Assembly (NCBI GenBank): GCA_041687715.1
Contig: JBDNJO010000021.1
Location: 4,895-68,894 of the forward strand
Length of the DNA: 64,000 nucleotides
Direction: 5' to 3'
From: Candidatus Nanopelagicales bacterium
GTDB lineage: Bacteria; Actinomycetota; Actinomycetes; S36-B12; UBA5976
Within the stretch, counting starts at the first letter, position 1; each line of letters begins with the position of its first letter. The position numbers and the translations under genes are program-made. Of this stretch, positions 8,451 through 18,695 are shown piece by piece. The notes beneath the pieces are model-generated. The model saw only the letters and a list, made by a program, of their open reading frames with translations, had not been told where the DNA came from and did not search any database.

Positions 8451-11171
8451 GTGAGTGTTCTAGACAAAATACTTCGAGCTGGCGAAGGTAAAATTCTGCG
8501 CTCCCTTGAATCCTTGGCAAATCAAGTGAATTTACTGGAAGAGCATTACATCACAATGAGTCATGACGAACTTCGTGGATTAACTTCTGAATTTAAAGAT
8601 CGAATTGCAAGTGGCGAGACGCTAGATGATTTACTTCCTGAGGCATTTGCTGCAGTTCGGGAAGCAAGTAAGCGCACCTTAGGGCAAAGGCATTACGACG
8701 TTCAATTAATGGGTGGAGCCGCGCTGCATTTAGGCAACATTGCTGAGATGCGAACTGGTGAAGGTAAGACTTTAGTTTCTACTTTGCCAGCATATTTAAA
8801 TGCACTTTCAGGAAAAGGTGTCCATGTTGTTACTGTCAATGATTATCTGGCAGCTCGTGACGCACAATGGATGGGTCGAGTACACCGTTTTCTTGGGTTA
8901 ACAGTTGGCACCATTCTTTCTGACATGGACCCGCAGCAGCGACGCGAAGCGTACAACGCAGACATTACATATGGCACGAATAATGAATTTGGTTTTGACT
9001 ATCTACGCGACAACATGACACTTGATCCAAATGATCGAGTGCAGCGCGACTACAACTTTGCAATTGTCGATGAAGTTGACTCGATCTTGATCGATGAAGC
9101 ACGCACACCGCTTTTGATTAGTGGTCCAGCAGATGTAGCAACGAAATGGTACGCCGAATTTTCTCGCCTTGTTCCACGGTTAACTTCAGGAACAGATTAT
9201 GAAGTTAATGAAAAAAAGCGAACGATCGGAATGTTAGAACCAGGAGTTGAGAAAGTTGAAAACTGGTTAGGCATAGAAAATCTTTACGAATCAGTTAATA
9301 CCCCACTTGTTGGATACCTAAATAACGCAATCAAGGCACTTGCGTTATTTAAAAAAGACAAAGATTACGTTGTGATGGATGGCGAAGTTTTGATCGTCGA
9401 TGAGCACACTGGACGAATCTTGGCTGGCCGCCGTTACAACGATGGAATGCATCAAGCGATTGAAGCTAAGGAAAGCGTTGAAATTCAAAATGAAAATCAA
9501 ACGTTAGCAACCATCACTATTCAGAACTACTTCAGAATGTACGAAAAATTGTCTGGCATGACTGGAACTGCTATGACTGAAGCTTCGGAATTTCAACAGA
9601 TTTACAAACTTGGCGTTGTGCCAATTCCCTCGAACCGTGAAGTACAGCGCGTGGATCAAACGGATTTGGTTTACCGAACTGAGGAAGCAAAACTTAAAGC
9701 CGTTATTACCGACATTGAGAATAAGCACAAAGCTGGTCAACCAGTTCTTGTTGGTACGACCAGCGTTGCAAAGAGCGAACTTGTTTCGAGCTACTTGACC
9801 AAGTCCAGGATTCCTCATGAAGTTTTGAATGCTAAACAACATGATCGTGAAGCCACGATCATTGCGGAAGCTGGTCGCAAGAAGGCAGTTACTGTCGCCA
9901 CAAATATGGCCGGTCGTGGAACTGACATCATGCTTGGTGGCAATCCAGAATTTCGCGCCGCCCAAGAACTTGAGCGACGCGGCTTAGATCCTGTTGAAAA
10001 TCAAGTTGAGTATGAAGCTGCGTGGCAGTTGGCATTAGATTCTGCAAAAGCTGATGTGGAATCTGAACACGAAGAAGTTGTTTCGGTCGGTGGGCTCTAT
10101 GTATTAGGTACCGAACGCCACGAATCGCGACGAATCGATAATCAGCTGCGCGGTCGCTCTGGTCGTCAAGGCGATCCTGGCGAAACTCGGTTCTACTTGT
10201 CTCTAGAAGATGACTTGATGCGCTTGTTTAAGGGCGACATGGTTAATTCATTCTTGCAACGTTTTAACGTCCCAGATGATGTCCCAATTGAAGCCAAGAT
10301 GGTGACCAACTCAATTCGATCGGCACAAACGCAGGTTGAAGCGCAAAACTTTGAGCTTCGCAAAAATGTTTTGAAGTATGACGAAGTCATGAATAGTCAG
10401 CGCAAAGTTGTTTATGGTGAGCGCTCCCGAGTACTTGATGGCGAAAATATCCAAACTCAGATCATGACTTTCATGACGGACACGATTGAAGAGTACGTAG
10501 CGGCAGCCACGGCGGAAGGCTTCCCAGAAGACTGGGATCTGCAGAGTCTGTGGAGCGCACTGAAAACGCTTTACCCAATTGAGATTTCAATTAATGACAT
10601 GGTTCAAGCCGCGGGCGGGGACCCAGAAAATTTGTCGCCTGAATTAATGATTGAAACCCTTCACAAGGACATTGAAACTGCATATCTCGCCCGCGAAAAT
10701 CAACTTGGAACTCCAGTAATGCGCGAACTTGAGCGACGCGTAATCTTGTCCGTTTTGGATCGCAAGTGGCGCGAGCACTTGTATGAAATGGATTACCTAC
10801 AAGAGGGTATTGGTCTTCGTGCCATGGCCCAACGCGATCCACTTGTTGAATACCAACGAGAAGGATATGACTTATTTGTTGCCATGATGGAAGGCATCAA
10901 GGAAGAGTCAGTCGGATACCTCTTCAATGTCGAAGTAACAGTCACTCCACACGCACATGCGCCAGGCGAAGTAGATGAATTGGATTTGGAAGCTAAAGGT
11001 CTTGCGCAAACTACTGAAACTAAGACGTTGCAGTATTCAGGTCCTAGCGAAACTGGCGAAGCAGTATCGACTGTTGTTTCAAATGATGCCTATGCAAACG
11101 TTGGACGAAACGAACCATGCCCTTGTGGATCTGGTACGAAGTTCAAGAAATGTCACGGCGCTTCAAGCTAA
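8451..11171 (+). CDS. secA: Preprotein translocase ATPase SecA
   Basis: [12 protein letters not shown]..., MRTGEGKTL (Walker A), [19 protein letters not shown], and the C-terminal zinc finger [14 protein letters not shown]. Track start is GTG 8427; the in-frame GTG at 8451 matches the usual SecA N-terminus. Confidence 0.95.
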   Translation: MSVLDKILRAGEGKILRSLESLANQVNLLEEHYITMSHDELRGLTSEFKDRIASGETLDDLLPEAFAAVREASKRTLGQRHYDVQLMGGAALHLGNIAEMRTGEGKTLVSTLPAYLNALSGKGVHVVTVNDYLAARDAQWMGRVHRFLGLTVGTILSDMDPQQRREAYNADITYGTNNEFGFDYLRDNMTLDPNDRVQRDYNFAIVDEVDSILIDEARTPLLISGPADVATKWYAEFSRLVPRLTSGTDYEVNEKKRTIGMLEPGVEKVENWLGIENLYESVNTPLVGYLNNAIKALALFKKDKDYVVMDGEVLIVDEHTGRILAGRRYNDGMHQAIEAKESVEIQNENQTLATITIQNYFRMYEKLSGMTGTAMTEASEFQQIYKLGVVPIPSNREVQRVDQTDLVYRTEEAKLKAVITDIENKHKAGQPVLVGTTSVAKSELVSSYLTKSRIPHEVLNAKQHDREATIIAEAGRKKAVTVATNMAGRGTDIMLGGNPEFRAAQELERRGLDPVENQVEYEAAWQLALDSAKADVESEHEEVVSVGGLYVLGTERHESRRIDNQLRGRSGRQGDPGETRFYLSLEDDLMRLFKGDMVNSFLQRFNVPDDVPIEAKMVTNSIRSAQTQVEAQNFELRKNVLKYDEVMNSQRKVVYGERSRVLDGENIQTQIMTFMTDTIEEYVAAATAEGFPEDWDLQSLWSALKTLYPIEISINDMVQAAGGDPENLSPELMIETLHKDIETAYLARENQLGTPVMRELERRVILSVLDRKWREHLYEMDYLQEGIGLRAMAQRDPLVEYQREGYDLFVAMMEGIKEESVGYLFNVEVTVTPHAHAPGEVDELDLEAKGLAQTTETKTLQYSGPSETGEAVSTVVSNDAYANVGRNEPCPCGSGTKFKKCHGASS

Positions 11172-11701
11172 TTAGGCAGAGCCACTTCAAAGTTAGTTGC
11201 TCGCCAGCGACCATCTAACCCTTCCAATCGAAGAGCCAGTGCGAATGAGCGAACTGGCGTGCCGAATACCGAAGTGACTTCAGCGACTCCATCATCAGTT
11301 TCATGGACGTTGATGCTTCGAACTATTAAATGTGGCAACTTGTTGCGTGACATTTGAGATTGCAAATGACTCATTACCTCTGGAGTTATCCAGCGAGTTA
11401 GTTGAACTGCGGGCCGGGCACCATTTATTACTTCAACAAGTGCATGAACTAAACGCATCGACCATTGTCGCGCCGATGGTAGATCTAATCGAGAAGTAGC
11501 TTGTCGCTCGAAACTATCAGGGCGGTTTTCTGCCATCCGAGGCGGCAGAAACGGCGCAGCTGGTGTGCCAACCAAGAGTGGCCATTCAAACGGCAGAGTT
11601 TCCTGCAGTCCGTACTTGGTACGCACTGGCATACTGATGATGTTCTTTGGCTTGTACTGATGTGTATTTGGAATTGGCAGTGAATAAATAATTGCGTTCA
11701 T
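11168..11701 (-). CDS. Rv3235-family (DUF6459-like) protein
   Basis: 177 aa. [33 protein letters not shown] resembles, from memory, the actinobacterial Rv3235 family found near secA. The stop codons of the two genes overlap by 4 nt. Confidence 0.55.
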   Translation of the reverse strand: MNAIIYSLPIPNTHQYKPKNIISMPVRTKYGLQETLPFEWPLLVGTPAAPFLPPRMAENRPDSFERQATSRLDLPSARQWSMRLVHALVEVINGARPAVQLTRWITPEVMSHLQSQMSRNKLPHLIVRSINVHETDDGVAEVTSVFGTPVRSFALALRLEGLDGRWRATNFEVALPN

Positions 11702-11859
11702 GATTCCCCCCGAAATGTTCAGCAGTGGCGGTAAACCTACGAAGCTTGCAGGTGCTTGCAGGTACCTAGTTAAGTTTTAATAACCTAAAAAATTCGGTAG
11801 TCCATGTCTAAAACCCTTGCGATCTAATGTCAATGGTTGACACTGAAATCGATCAAATC

Positions 11860-11887
11860 TGTGGACATCTTTTTTGGCTTATCCACA
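11860..11887. promoter_or_regulatory. Inverted pair of DnaA-box-like 9-mers
   Basis: TGTGGACAT at 11860-11868 is the complement of ATGTCCACA, 8/9 to the Streptomyces box TTGTCCACA. TTATCCACA at 11879-11887 is a perfect E. coli-type box. Both sit inside a 10-bp inverted repeat AATCTGTGGA/TCCACAGATT (11856-11891). Confidence 0.35.
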
Positions 11888-11938
11888 GATTCACAACAAA
11901 AGTGAGCCCACTTGCCTTATTTGGGCTGGAATGGTGGC

Positions 11939-12523
11939 ATGGACTTATCGCAGCAAGATTTTCAGAATGGAAGCCCTGAACCGCAATCGCGCATCTTAGA
12001 TGAACTTAACCGAGTGCTTTGCCAAGAATTGGATGAAGTTAACGCCGAGCAAAGGTTGGATCTTGCTTATGAAGTCATCGAGACCGTTCGCTTCGAACAA
12101 GCGCACATCTCTTGGTTAGATCGACTGCGGAACACAACTGAAGACGTTGACCTGCAGATTTCACATACTCAAATGCCGAGTGTCACAGGAAACTTAATGC
12201 ACCTATCGGACCCTTTTTTAATTTTACGAAATTCACAGGCACAATTTCTCATCAACTCAGCATATGTAACAGGAGTATCTGGTTTAAATCAGCTAGCTGG
12301 AGTTTCGCAAACGCATGACACTTTTAATTGGCTAGATAACGTTTGGTTTCATGACCTATCGGATCGTCGGATCCTTGGAACTTGGTATTTAAAAGGTGAT
12401 CATGTCGTTGAGGGATATTGTCTTCGAACTGGGTTTGATGCGATCGACGTTGCGACAAATTCTAAAGTTCTCACATTTCCAAAACACGCAATTATCTCGA
12501 GTCGTATTCCTATTGCTGCTTAA
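11939..12523 (+). CDS. Hypothetical protein, no recognisable domain
   Basis: Track ORF is 11912-12523 (TTG start); first ATG at 11939. Long open frame on the only uninterrupted strand. No motif I can assign. Confidence 0.5.
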   Translation: MDLSQQDFQNGSPEPQSRILDELNRVLCQELDEVNAEQRLDLAYEVIETVRFEQAHISWLDRLRNTTEDVDLQISHTQMPSVTGNLMHLSDPFLILRNSQAQFLINSAYVTGVSGLNQLAGVSQTHDTFNWLDNVWFHDLSDRRILGTWYLKGDHVVEGYCLRTGFDAIDVATNSKVLTFPKHAIISSRIPIAA

Positions 12524-12530
12524 GTGAGTT

Positions 12531-12740
12531 TTACCGAGGATTTTGGGCAACGAATTCAGCGGTAGCCGCATACAAGGTCGTAATGTAATTTTCTAGCGAA
12601 CTAGTTTCTACCCGCCACTGTCCTCGGGCGCCAATTTTGATTGCTTGCAAATCTCCACTTCGAACCAGGGTGTAAACCTGTGCGGGCGCAACATTGAGTA
12701 GCTCAGCAACATCACTAAGGGTTAGAAAGCGTTCGGGCAT
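12531..12740 (-). CDS. Excisionase-family (MerR-like) helix-turn-helix DNA-binding protein
   Basis: 69 aa. LTLSDVAELLNVAPAQVYTLVRSGDLQAIKIGARGQWRV fits the excisionase-type HTH pattern. Confidence 0.75.
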   Translation of the reverse strand: MPERFLTLSDVAELLNVAPAQVYTLVRSGDLQAIKIGARGQWRVETSSLENYITTLYAATAEFVAQNPR

Positions 12741-12830
12741 GGCTTAATCATTATTTAATTTGAAAATGTTGCTGGAAAGTTTTCCACAGCTCGGTTAGGA
12801 CTTGGGTAGCGCTTTGAAATTTGTGTGAGT

Positions 12831-13505
12831 ATGGAAAAAAGTTTGGGGGACTTAATGGCAATTCCAATTCGAGTCGGACAAATCGCGCCAAGAAAATTAA
12901 ACATGTCTGCAAGCCGCAAAACTCAAGATCCAAGACTTTGGCTGGGCATCAGTTTTATCTTGATCGCGATGGTTGCAGGTCAGTTGTTTCTGACCAAGGC
13001 ATCAGCAAGAGTTGCGGCTCTCACTGTAACCACAACCATTGCGGAAGGCACAGTGATTCAAGCGGCGGATGTTGCCATTGCTCAGGTGTCGATCCCGGTA
13101 ACCCAAAACTTAATCACGATCCCAAGTGATGCGGTTGGAAAAGTTGCAGCCACTGATTTGTTTGTTGGCGACTTAGTTCAGACGTATTCGTTAACGAATA
13201 GCTTTAGCCCCAACGTCAGGGCTGTTAGCCTCCCAATTCGCGCGGGACATCTGGCACAGATAGCACGCGGAGAGAGAGTAGATATCTGGATGACACCATC
13301 ACTTGATGGGCTGGCACTTCCCGGTCCTGCCAGATTAATAATTCCAAACGCAGTCATTGAATTTGCACCAGAATTTTACGATTCTGGAGTGGATACTTCA
13401 GTGACAGTACTCGTAGCAAAGGATCAAGTTGAGATTTTGGTACAAGCGATGCGCGATGGCGCAATTGATCTAATTTCGATTCCAACCACTGGATCTCAGC
13501 CATGA
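12831..13505 (+). CDS. SAF-domain / CpaB (RcpC)-like Flp-pilus assembly protein
   Basis: N-terminal TM helix (LWLGISFILIAMVAGQLFL) followed by TIAEGTVIQAADV...VGKVAATDLFVGDLV, a SAF-like beta-clip. Start is uncertain: GTG 12825, ATG 12831 or ATG 12903. Confidence 0.6.
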   Translation: MEKSLGDLMAIPIRVGQIAPRKLNMSASRKTQDPRLWLGISFILIAMVAGQLFLTKASARVAALTVTTTIAEGTVIQAADVAIAQVSIPVTQNLITIPSDAVGKVAATDLFVGDLVQTYSLTNSFSPNVRAVSLPIRAGHLAQIARGERVDIWMTPSLDGLALPGPARLIIPNAVIEFAPEFYDSGVDTSVTVLVAKDQVEILVQAMRDGAIDLISIPTTGSQP

Positions 13506-14737
13506 AAAATGTAATTGTGGCACTGGGCTTAGTCGAGTGGGAATCCATGTTTGTAAGTGGTCTCGGGCACCCCATGTTTGGAATTTCGGTACAACGGCGC
13601 TGTGTTGATGGCATTGATATTCGCGCTGCAATTCAGGTGGTGGAATGCCACGGCGTGATCGTTTCTGATGCCACACCAAGAATCGATCAAGATTTAATTG
13701 CCGAACTTCGTGAACTTGATATTCCACTAATTGCAATTACTTCTGATTGTGAATTTTGGAGTGATCAAGGTGTAACAAAGTTTGCCCAACTGGATGATAA
13801 AAACCCACTACAAGCTCTCAAGATAGTTTCAGAATTACTGCGAGGCGAACTCCCACCAGTTGTTGAAGAGAGCAAAGTAACCGGAATACATATCGCAGTA
13901 GCTGGTTTTGGTGGCGCAAGTGGACGCACCACGACCGTTAAAGAACTTAGCTTGCAGTTAAGTCAACTAAACATGCGCACTGTGATGATCGATGCAGATA
14001 CTTATGGACCATCACTGGATCAAGAGTTGGGTCTTGATGTGAGTACAAATGGCTTACTCGAGTTGTGTCGAGTATTAGAAAAGAAATCTGCCAAAGGCAA
14101 GTTATTTGCTGACTTAGTAACTCAACTTCGAACTGGTTTGTCGGTAGTCCCCGGATTACCTCGAGTTTCGCGTTGGACTGACTTACGCATTTCAGCGCTG
14201 CGTGAATTGTGGCAGGAATCGAAGGAGAACTTTGACGTAGTTGTCACTGACGTTGGCGCCATTTTAGAAGTGGATCAGAGTTTGATGCATGAGACTTCGT
14301 TACCAAGGCGTCACGCCGCATCCCTTACTGCCCTTGAATCTGCGGACGTAACTATTATTTGTGCTCGCGCAGATTCTGTCGGAGTTGCCAGATTAGTCCG
14401 GGGATATCTGGAGCTCCACGAGCTTTTTGCAAAGTCCAGTGTTTACGTTTTGCTCTGGGGAATTATGAATGAAGCTCAAGCGCGTGACATAAAAAATGCT
14501 GTGACTAGGCACACTGGCATTGAATCTGTATCTTGCATCGATCTTGATTGGGAACTTTCCAGAAAGGCTTTACAGCAAACTACTTTTATGAGTGCATTAA
14601 ATCCGCGCAGCGAGGTTTCCGTTCAATATCAAGGTCTGGCTAAATTGATTGCAACAGATTCGAAACTTTCCCAAACATTAGGTTCAGTCACACCATTAAC
14701 AAAGCGAACCCGTAAATCAATTCGGCGCGTTGCCTAG
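13502..14737 (+). CDS. TadZ/CpaE/Ssd-like protein: receiver-like N-domain plus degenerate ParA/MinD-type P-loop domain
   Basis: 411 aa. Start overlaps the upstream stop (ATGA). The P-loop region is IAVAGFGGASGRTTTV, then VMIDADTYGPSL. Neither Walker-A lysine is present. Confidence 0.6.
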   Translation: MKNVIVALGLVEWESMFVSGLGHPMFGISVQRRCVDGIDIRAAIQVVECHGVIVSDATPRIDQDLIAELRELDIPLIAITSDCEFWSDQGVTKFAQLDDKNPLQALKIVSELLRGELPPVVEESKVTGIHIAVAGFGGASGRTTTVKELSLQLSQLNMRTVMIDADTYGPSLDQELGLDVSTNGLLELCRVLEKKSAKGKLFADLVTQLRTGLSVVPGLPRVSRWTDLRISALRELWQESKENFDVVVTDVGAILEVDQSLMHETSLPRRHAASLTALESADVTIICARADSVGVARLVRGYLELHELFAKSSVYVLLWGIMNEAQARDIKNAVTRHTGIESVSCIDLDWELSRKALQQTTFMSALNPRSEVSVQYQGLAKLIATDSKLSQTLGSVTPLTKRTRKSIRRVA

Positions 14738-14752
14738 AAATCAGATTCGAAG

Positions 14753-15949
14753 TTATTTCAGCAAATCTTGCATGCGAGAAATGCCTTCGATTAGGTCATC
14801 ATCACCCAGTGCGTACGAAAGTCGAACGTAACCTGGTGTTCCAAATGCTTCGCCTGGAACAACTGCAACTTCAACTTCATCAAGAATTAAGGCTGCAAGT
14901 TCCGCAGAAGTAGTTGGCACCTTGCCACGGATTTCGCGACCTAAAACATTCTTAACTGATGGGTAAACGTAAAAGGCGCCTTCTGGCTCGGGGCACACAA
15001 CGCCTTCAATCTCATTAAGCATTTTGGTAATGGTTAAACGGCGGCGATCAAATGCAATCTTCATTTCATCAACGGCAGCTAAGTCGCCCGATACTGCAGC
15101 TAGCGCAGCGATTTGTGAAACGTTTGCGACGTTCGAGGTGGCATGTGACTGCAAGTTCGTAGCTGCCTTAACGATGTCGTTTGGCGCAATCATCCAGCCC
15201 ACACGCCAACCCGTCATGGCATAAGTTTTTGCAACACCGTTGATGATGATGCAGCGATCCGCGATTTCTGGAACAAGAACAGGCATTGAGGAAAATTCCG
15301 CATCCCCGTAAACCAAGTGTTCATAAATCTCATCAGTAATAACCCAAATACCTTTTTCAACTGCCCACTGCCCAATTGCTTCAACTTCAGCTGGTGAATA
15401 GACAGCGCCAGTTGGGTTGCTTGGTGAAACAAAAACTAATGCTTTTGTTTTTGGTGTTAATGCTTTTTCAAGTTGCGCAATGGAGGTTCGAAATCCGGTT
15501 GACTCATCTGTCATGATTTCAACAGGAGTTCCACCTGCCAACCGAATGGACTCTGGATATGTTGTCCAGTACGGAGCAGGTAATAAAACTTCATCGCCTG
15601 GATCAAGTAAGGCTGCGAATGCGTTATACAACGCTTGCTTGCCGCCGTTGGTTACAAGAACTTGGCTGGGATCGACTGCAAATTTTGAATCGCGCAGAGT
15701 CTTAACTGCGATAGCACTTTTAAGTTCCGGCAAGCCACCAGCTGGGGTGTAACGATGCCATTTAGGGTCGCGGCAAGCAGCAACAGCCGCTTCCACTATG
15801 TAGTTAGGTGTTGGAAAGTCAGGTTCACCTGCGCCAAAACCAATAACTGGTCGCCCAGCAGCTTTAAGCGCCTTGGCTTTAGCATCAACGGCAAGGGTGG
15901 CAGATTCGGCAATTGACCCGATTCGGGCGGAAACTCTAGGCTTGTTCAC
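14753..15949 (-). CDS. PLP-dependent class I aminotransferase (aspartate aminotransferase type)
   Basis: 398 aa. [10 protein letters not shown] and [16 protein letters not shown] (PLP lysine). It sits upstream of tRNA-Trp-secE, as in Streptomyces. Confidence 0.88.
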   Translation of the reverse strand: MNKPRVSARIGSIAESATLAVDAKAKALKAAGRPVIGFGAGEPDFPTPNYIVEAAVAACRDPKWHRYTPAGGLPELKSAIAVKTLRDSKFAVDPSQVLVTNGGKQALYNAFAALLDPGDEVLLPAPYWTTYPESIRLAGGTPVEIMTDESTGFRTSIAQLEKALTPKTKALVFVSPSNPTGAVYSPAEVEAIGQWAVEKGIWVITDEIYEHLVYGDAEFSSMPVLVPEIADRCIIINGVAKTYAMTGWRVGWMIAPNDIVKAATNLQSHATSNVANVSQIAALAAVSGDLAAVDEMKIAFDRRRLTITKMLNEIEGVVCPEPEGAFYVYPSVKNVLGREIRGKVPTTSAELAALILDEVEVAVVPGEAFGTPGYVRLSYALGDDDLIEGISRMQDLLK

Positions 15950-16114
15950 GCCATTAAGTATTGCCTATAAATAGTGCACTGGCAGTACTTGGGGTGGGAT
16001 TTAGTGGTTTTAGAGCAAGGAAAAATGGGTCTACACTTGACTCACCGACGTAATTCTTAGTCTGCGCAAGCGTGCCTATAAGTAGGTAGTGATCGCCGCA
16101 TAGTTTTATGCCAG

Positions 16115-16187
16115 AGGGTCGTGGCTCAATTGGTAGAGCACCGGTCTCCAAAACCGGTGGTTGGGGGTTCAAGTCCCTCCGGCCCTG
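16115..16187 (+). tRNA. trnW: tRNA-Trp (anticodon CCA)
   Basis: Folded by hand. Acceptor AGGGTCG/CGGCCCT (one G-U pair). D arm GCTC..GAGC. Anticodon stem CCGGT/ACCGG with loop CTCCAAA. T arm GGGGG-TTCAAGT-CCCTC. No encoded CCA. Confidence 0.92.
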
Positions 16188-16226
16188 CTGCAAGATGCAA
16201 GACAAAGAATTTAAGTGAAGTAATTA

Positions 16227-16463
16227 TTGGGTAAGAAAGGAACGACAATGAGCTCAACTAACGCCGAACGCTTGGGTTGGTTTGGACGCATGTCCCTTTT
16301 CTTGCGGCAAGTAACTTTTGAACTCAAGAAAGTTGTTTGGCCAACCAAAGATCAACTTGTTACTTACACAGCAGTTGTTGTTGTGTTTGTGATAATCATG
16401 GGCTTCATTATTGGCGTCCTTGATTTTGCTTTCGTCCGCTTAATTTTAGTTATTTTCGGTTAG
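16227..16463 (+). CDS. secE: Preprotein translocase subunit SecE
   Basis: FLRQVTFELKKVVWPTKDQLVTYTAVVVVFVIIMG, a single C-terminal TM helix. Alternative ATG start at 16248. Confidence 0.9.
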   Translation: MGKKGTTMSSTNAERLGWFGRMSLFLRQVTFELKKVVWPTKDQLVTYTAVVVVFVIIMGFIIGVLDFAFVRLILVIFG

Positions 16464-16484
16464 TCGTTAGGTAAGGAAACAATC

Positions 16485-17393
16485 GTGTCTGAATCCCCGT
16501 TCTTAGAAGCTGTCGCACCAAAGGTAGAAGATTCAATTTCTTCTGCATTCATTGAGATGCCTGTTTCTAATGAAGAAGCTATTGAAGCCATTGACACTGC
16601 TTACGATGGCGCTGTAGATGTTGACGTTGATGGCGTGGTTTCCGAAACCTCGGCAAATGACAACTTTGATTTAAGTGAAGTTGTTGAAGCCGAGTTAGCA
16701 CCAGAAATTACTGAAGAAGTATCGGAAGTTGAAGAAACTCCAGCTGTTGCAGAAGAAGAAAAAGTTTCGGAAGACGAAGATCCGCTTGTCGCCTTCCGCG
16801 CACGTCTGGATTCACAAATTGGTGATTGGTTTGTAATTCACTCTTACGCTGGTTTTGAAAACCGCGTAAAGCAAAACCTTGAAACTCGCGCAGTGTCCTT
16901 GAACATGGAGGACTACATTTACGAAGTTAACGTGCCATCAGAAGAAGTAACGGAAATTAAGAACGGTGTGCGCAAGCAAGTTAAGCGCAATAAGTTCCCT
17001 GGATACGTTTTAGTCCGTATGGATTTAACTGACGAATCATGGGGCGTTGTTCGTCACACACCTGGTGTTACTGGTTTCGTTGGACAGGGTCACAACCCGG
17101 CACCACTTTCGATGGATGAAGCTTTTGAAATGCTTCGGCCATCTCAGCAAAAGGCAATTGCATCCGTTGCAACTGCTGCCGCATCTGCAGGACAAAAGAG
17201 TGCAAGCGGTGCAAAGATCGACATCGACTTAAACATTGGCGATTCGGTAACTGTTGTTGATGGACCGTTTGCTACATTGCACGCTACGATTTCCGAGATT
17301 AACTTAGATGGACAAAAAGTTGTGGGTCTCGTCGAGATCTTCGGCCGCGAAACTCCTGTGGAACTGGGCTTCAACCAGATTCACAAGAACTAA
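16485..17393 (+). CDS. nusG: Transcription termination/antitermination factor NusG with a ~105-aa acidic N-terminal extension
   Basis: [19 protein letters not shown]...FPGYVLVRM...VTGFVG...[12 protein letters not shown] (NGN plus KOW domains). GTG start. Confidence 0.93.
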   Translation: MSESPFLEAVAPKVEDSISSAFIEMPVSNEEAIEAIDTAYDGAVDVDVDGVVSETSANDNFDLSEVVEAELAPEITEEVSEVEETPAVAEEEKVSEDEDPLVAFRARLDSQIGDWFVIHSYAGFENRVKQNLETRAVSLNMEDYIYEVNVPSEEVTEIKNGVRKQVKRNKFPGYVLVRMDLTDESWGVVRHTPGVTGFVGQGHNPAPLSMDEAFEMLRPSQQKAIASVATAAASAGQKSASGAKIDIDLNIGDSVTVVDGPFATLHATISEINLDGQKVVGLVEIFGRETPVELGFNQIHKN

Positions 17394-17426
17394 AGAAACA
17401 ACGAAGAGAAAAAGGACGCGAGAGAC

Positions 17427-17858
17427 ATGGCACCAAAGAAAAAAGTCACTGGACTTATTAAGTTGCAGATCAAAGCTGGCGAAGCAAACCCTGCGCCACC
17501 AGTTGGTCCGGCCCTTGGTCAGCACGGTGTAAACATTATGGATTTCTGCAAGGCGTACAACGCTGCAACAGAAACACAGCGTGGAAATGTAATTCCTGTT
17601 GAAATTACGGTCTATGAAGATCGTTCCTTCACATTTGTTACCAAAACTCCGCCAGCAGCACGCATGATCCTCAAGGCCGCAGGCGTTGAAAAAGGTTCAG
17701 GCGTTCCGCACACAACAAAGGTTGCAAATATCAGCAAAGATCAGGTGCGCGAAATCGCACAGACCAAAATGGTTGATCTAAACGCAAACGATATTGATGC
17801 AGCAATGTTAATTATCGAAGGCACCGCTCGTTCCATGGGTATCACCGTCGGTAAGTAG
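17427..17858 (+). CDS. rplK: 50S ribosomal protein L11
   Basis: [46 protein letters not shown]. Confidence 0.97.
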   Translation: MAPKKKVTGLIKLQIKAGEANPAPPVGPALGQHGVNIMDFCKAYNAATETQRGNVIPVEITVYEDRSFTFVTKTPPAARMILKAAGVEKGSGVPHTTKVANISKDQVREIAQTKMVDLNANDIDAAMLIIEGTARSMGITVGK

Positions 17859-17928
17859 CAATAAAACCACCAGTGGGAGAGCACTTCATGCTCGCACCAC
17901 GAACTCCAAAACGAAATAGGAGAAAGAC

Positions 17929-18645
17929 ATGAAGCACGGTAAGGCGTACAACAAGTCCGCAGCAACAATTGATAAAGATTTTCTTTACAGCCCACTGGCC
18001 GCGGCCCGTTTGGCAAAAGCTGGTGCGACTAGCACCAAGTTTGATCAAACAGTCGATGTAGCAATGCTGCTTGGCGTGGATCCTCGTAAAGCAGATCAGA
18101 TGGTTCGAAGCACTGTTAACCTGCCACACGGAACTGGCAAGACCGCACGCGTCTTGGTTATTGCCGCCGGTGAAAAGGCTGATGAAGCTCGCGCTGCAGG
18201 CGCTGACTATGTCGGCGTCGATGATCTAATTACAAAAATTGAGGGTGGCTGGACTGACTTTGATGCAGTTGTAGCAACTCCAGATTTAATGGGTAAAGTC
18301 GGGCGCCTCGGTAAGGTTCTTGGCCCACGTAACTTAATGCCAAATCCAAAGACTGGAACCGTAACCCTAAACGTTGGTAAGGCAGTTGAAGATATCAAGG
18401 GCGGCAAGATCGAATTCCGCGTTGATAAGCATTCAAACCTGCACTTCATTATTGGTAAGGCTTCATTCACCGAACAACAGTTGGTTGAAAATTACGCAGC
18501 CGCACTTGATGAAGTACTTCGCGTTAAGCCATCCTCTTCAAAGGGTCGCTACATCAAGAAGGCCGTAATTTCCACAACTATGGGCGTTGGCATCCAAGTA
18601 GATCCAAACAAAACCCGTAACTTGATGGTTGAAGACGAAGACTAA
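17929..18645 (+). CDS. rplA: 50S ribosomal protein L1
   Basis: 238 aa. [30 protein letters not shown]...GKIEFRVDK. Confidence 0.97.
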   Translation: MKHGKAYNKSAATIDKDFLYSPLAAARLAKAGATSTKFDQTVDVAMLLGVDPRKADQMVRSTVNLPHGTGKTARVLVIAAGEKADEARAAGADYVGVDDLITKIEGGWTDFDAVVATPDLMGKVGRLGKVLGPRNLMPNPKTGTVTLNVGKAVEDIKGGKIEFRVDKHSNLHFIIGKASFTEQQLVENYAAALDEVLRVKPSSSKGRYIKKAVISTTMGVGIQVDPNKTRNLMVEDED

Positions 18646-18659
18646 TTTTTAGTTTAAAA

Positions 18660-18695
18660 CTGGCCGATACTTAAAAAGTATCGGCCAGTTTTTTT
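18660..18695. terminator. Bidirectional intrinsic terminator shared by rplA (+) and the opposite-strand cassette (-)
   Basis: Perfect 13-bp stem CTGGCCGATACTT/AAGTATCGGCCAG with a 3-nt loop. T7 follows on the + strand and TTTTAAA on the - strand. The - strand ORF stop (18694-18696) lies in the T-run. Confidence 0.8.

Noticed and set aside
11744-11763. Tandem 10-bp duplication GCTTGCAGGT x2 upstream of the Rv3235-like gene.
   Set aside because: Only two short copies are present. This is probably a slippage duplication, and there is no supporting context for function.
11856-11891. Possibility that the DnaA-box pair marks a replication origin.
   Set aside because: There are only two boxes, no AT-rich unwinding element and no dnaA/dnaN/gidA context. 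The locus lies inside the secA to ribosomal gene region.
15954-16205. 83-aa minus-strand ORF overlapping tRNA-Trp.
   Set aside because: It spans a hand-folded canonical tRNA and the aspartate-aminotransferase/tRNA spacer. It shows no coding signal.
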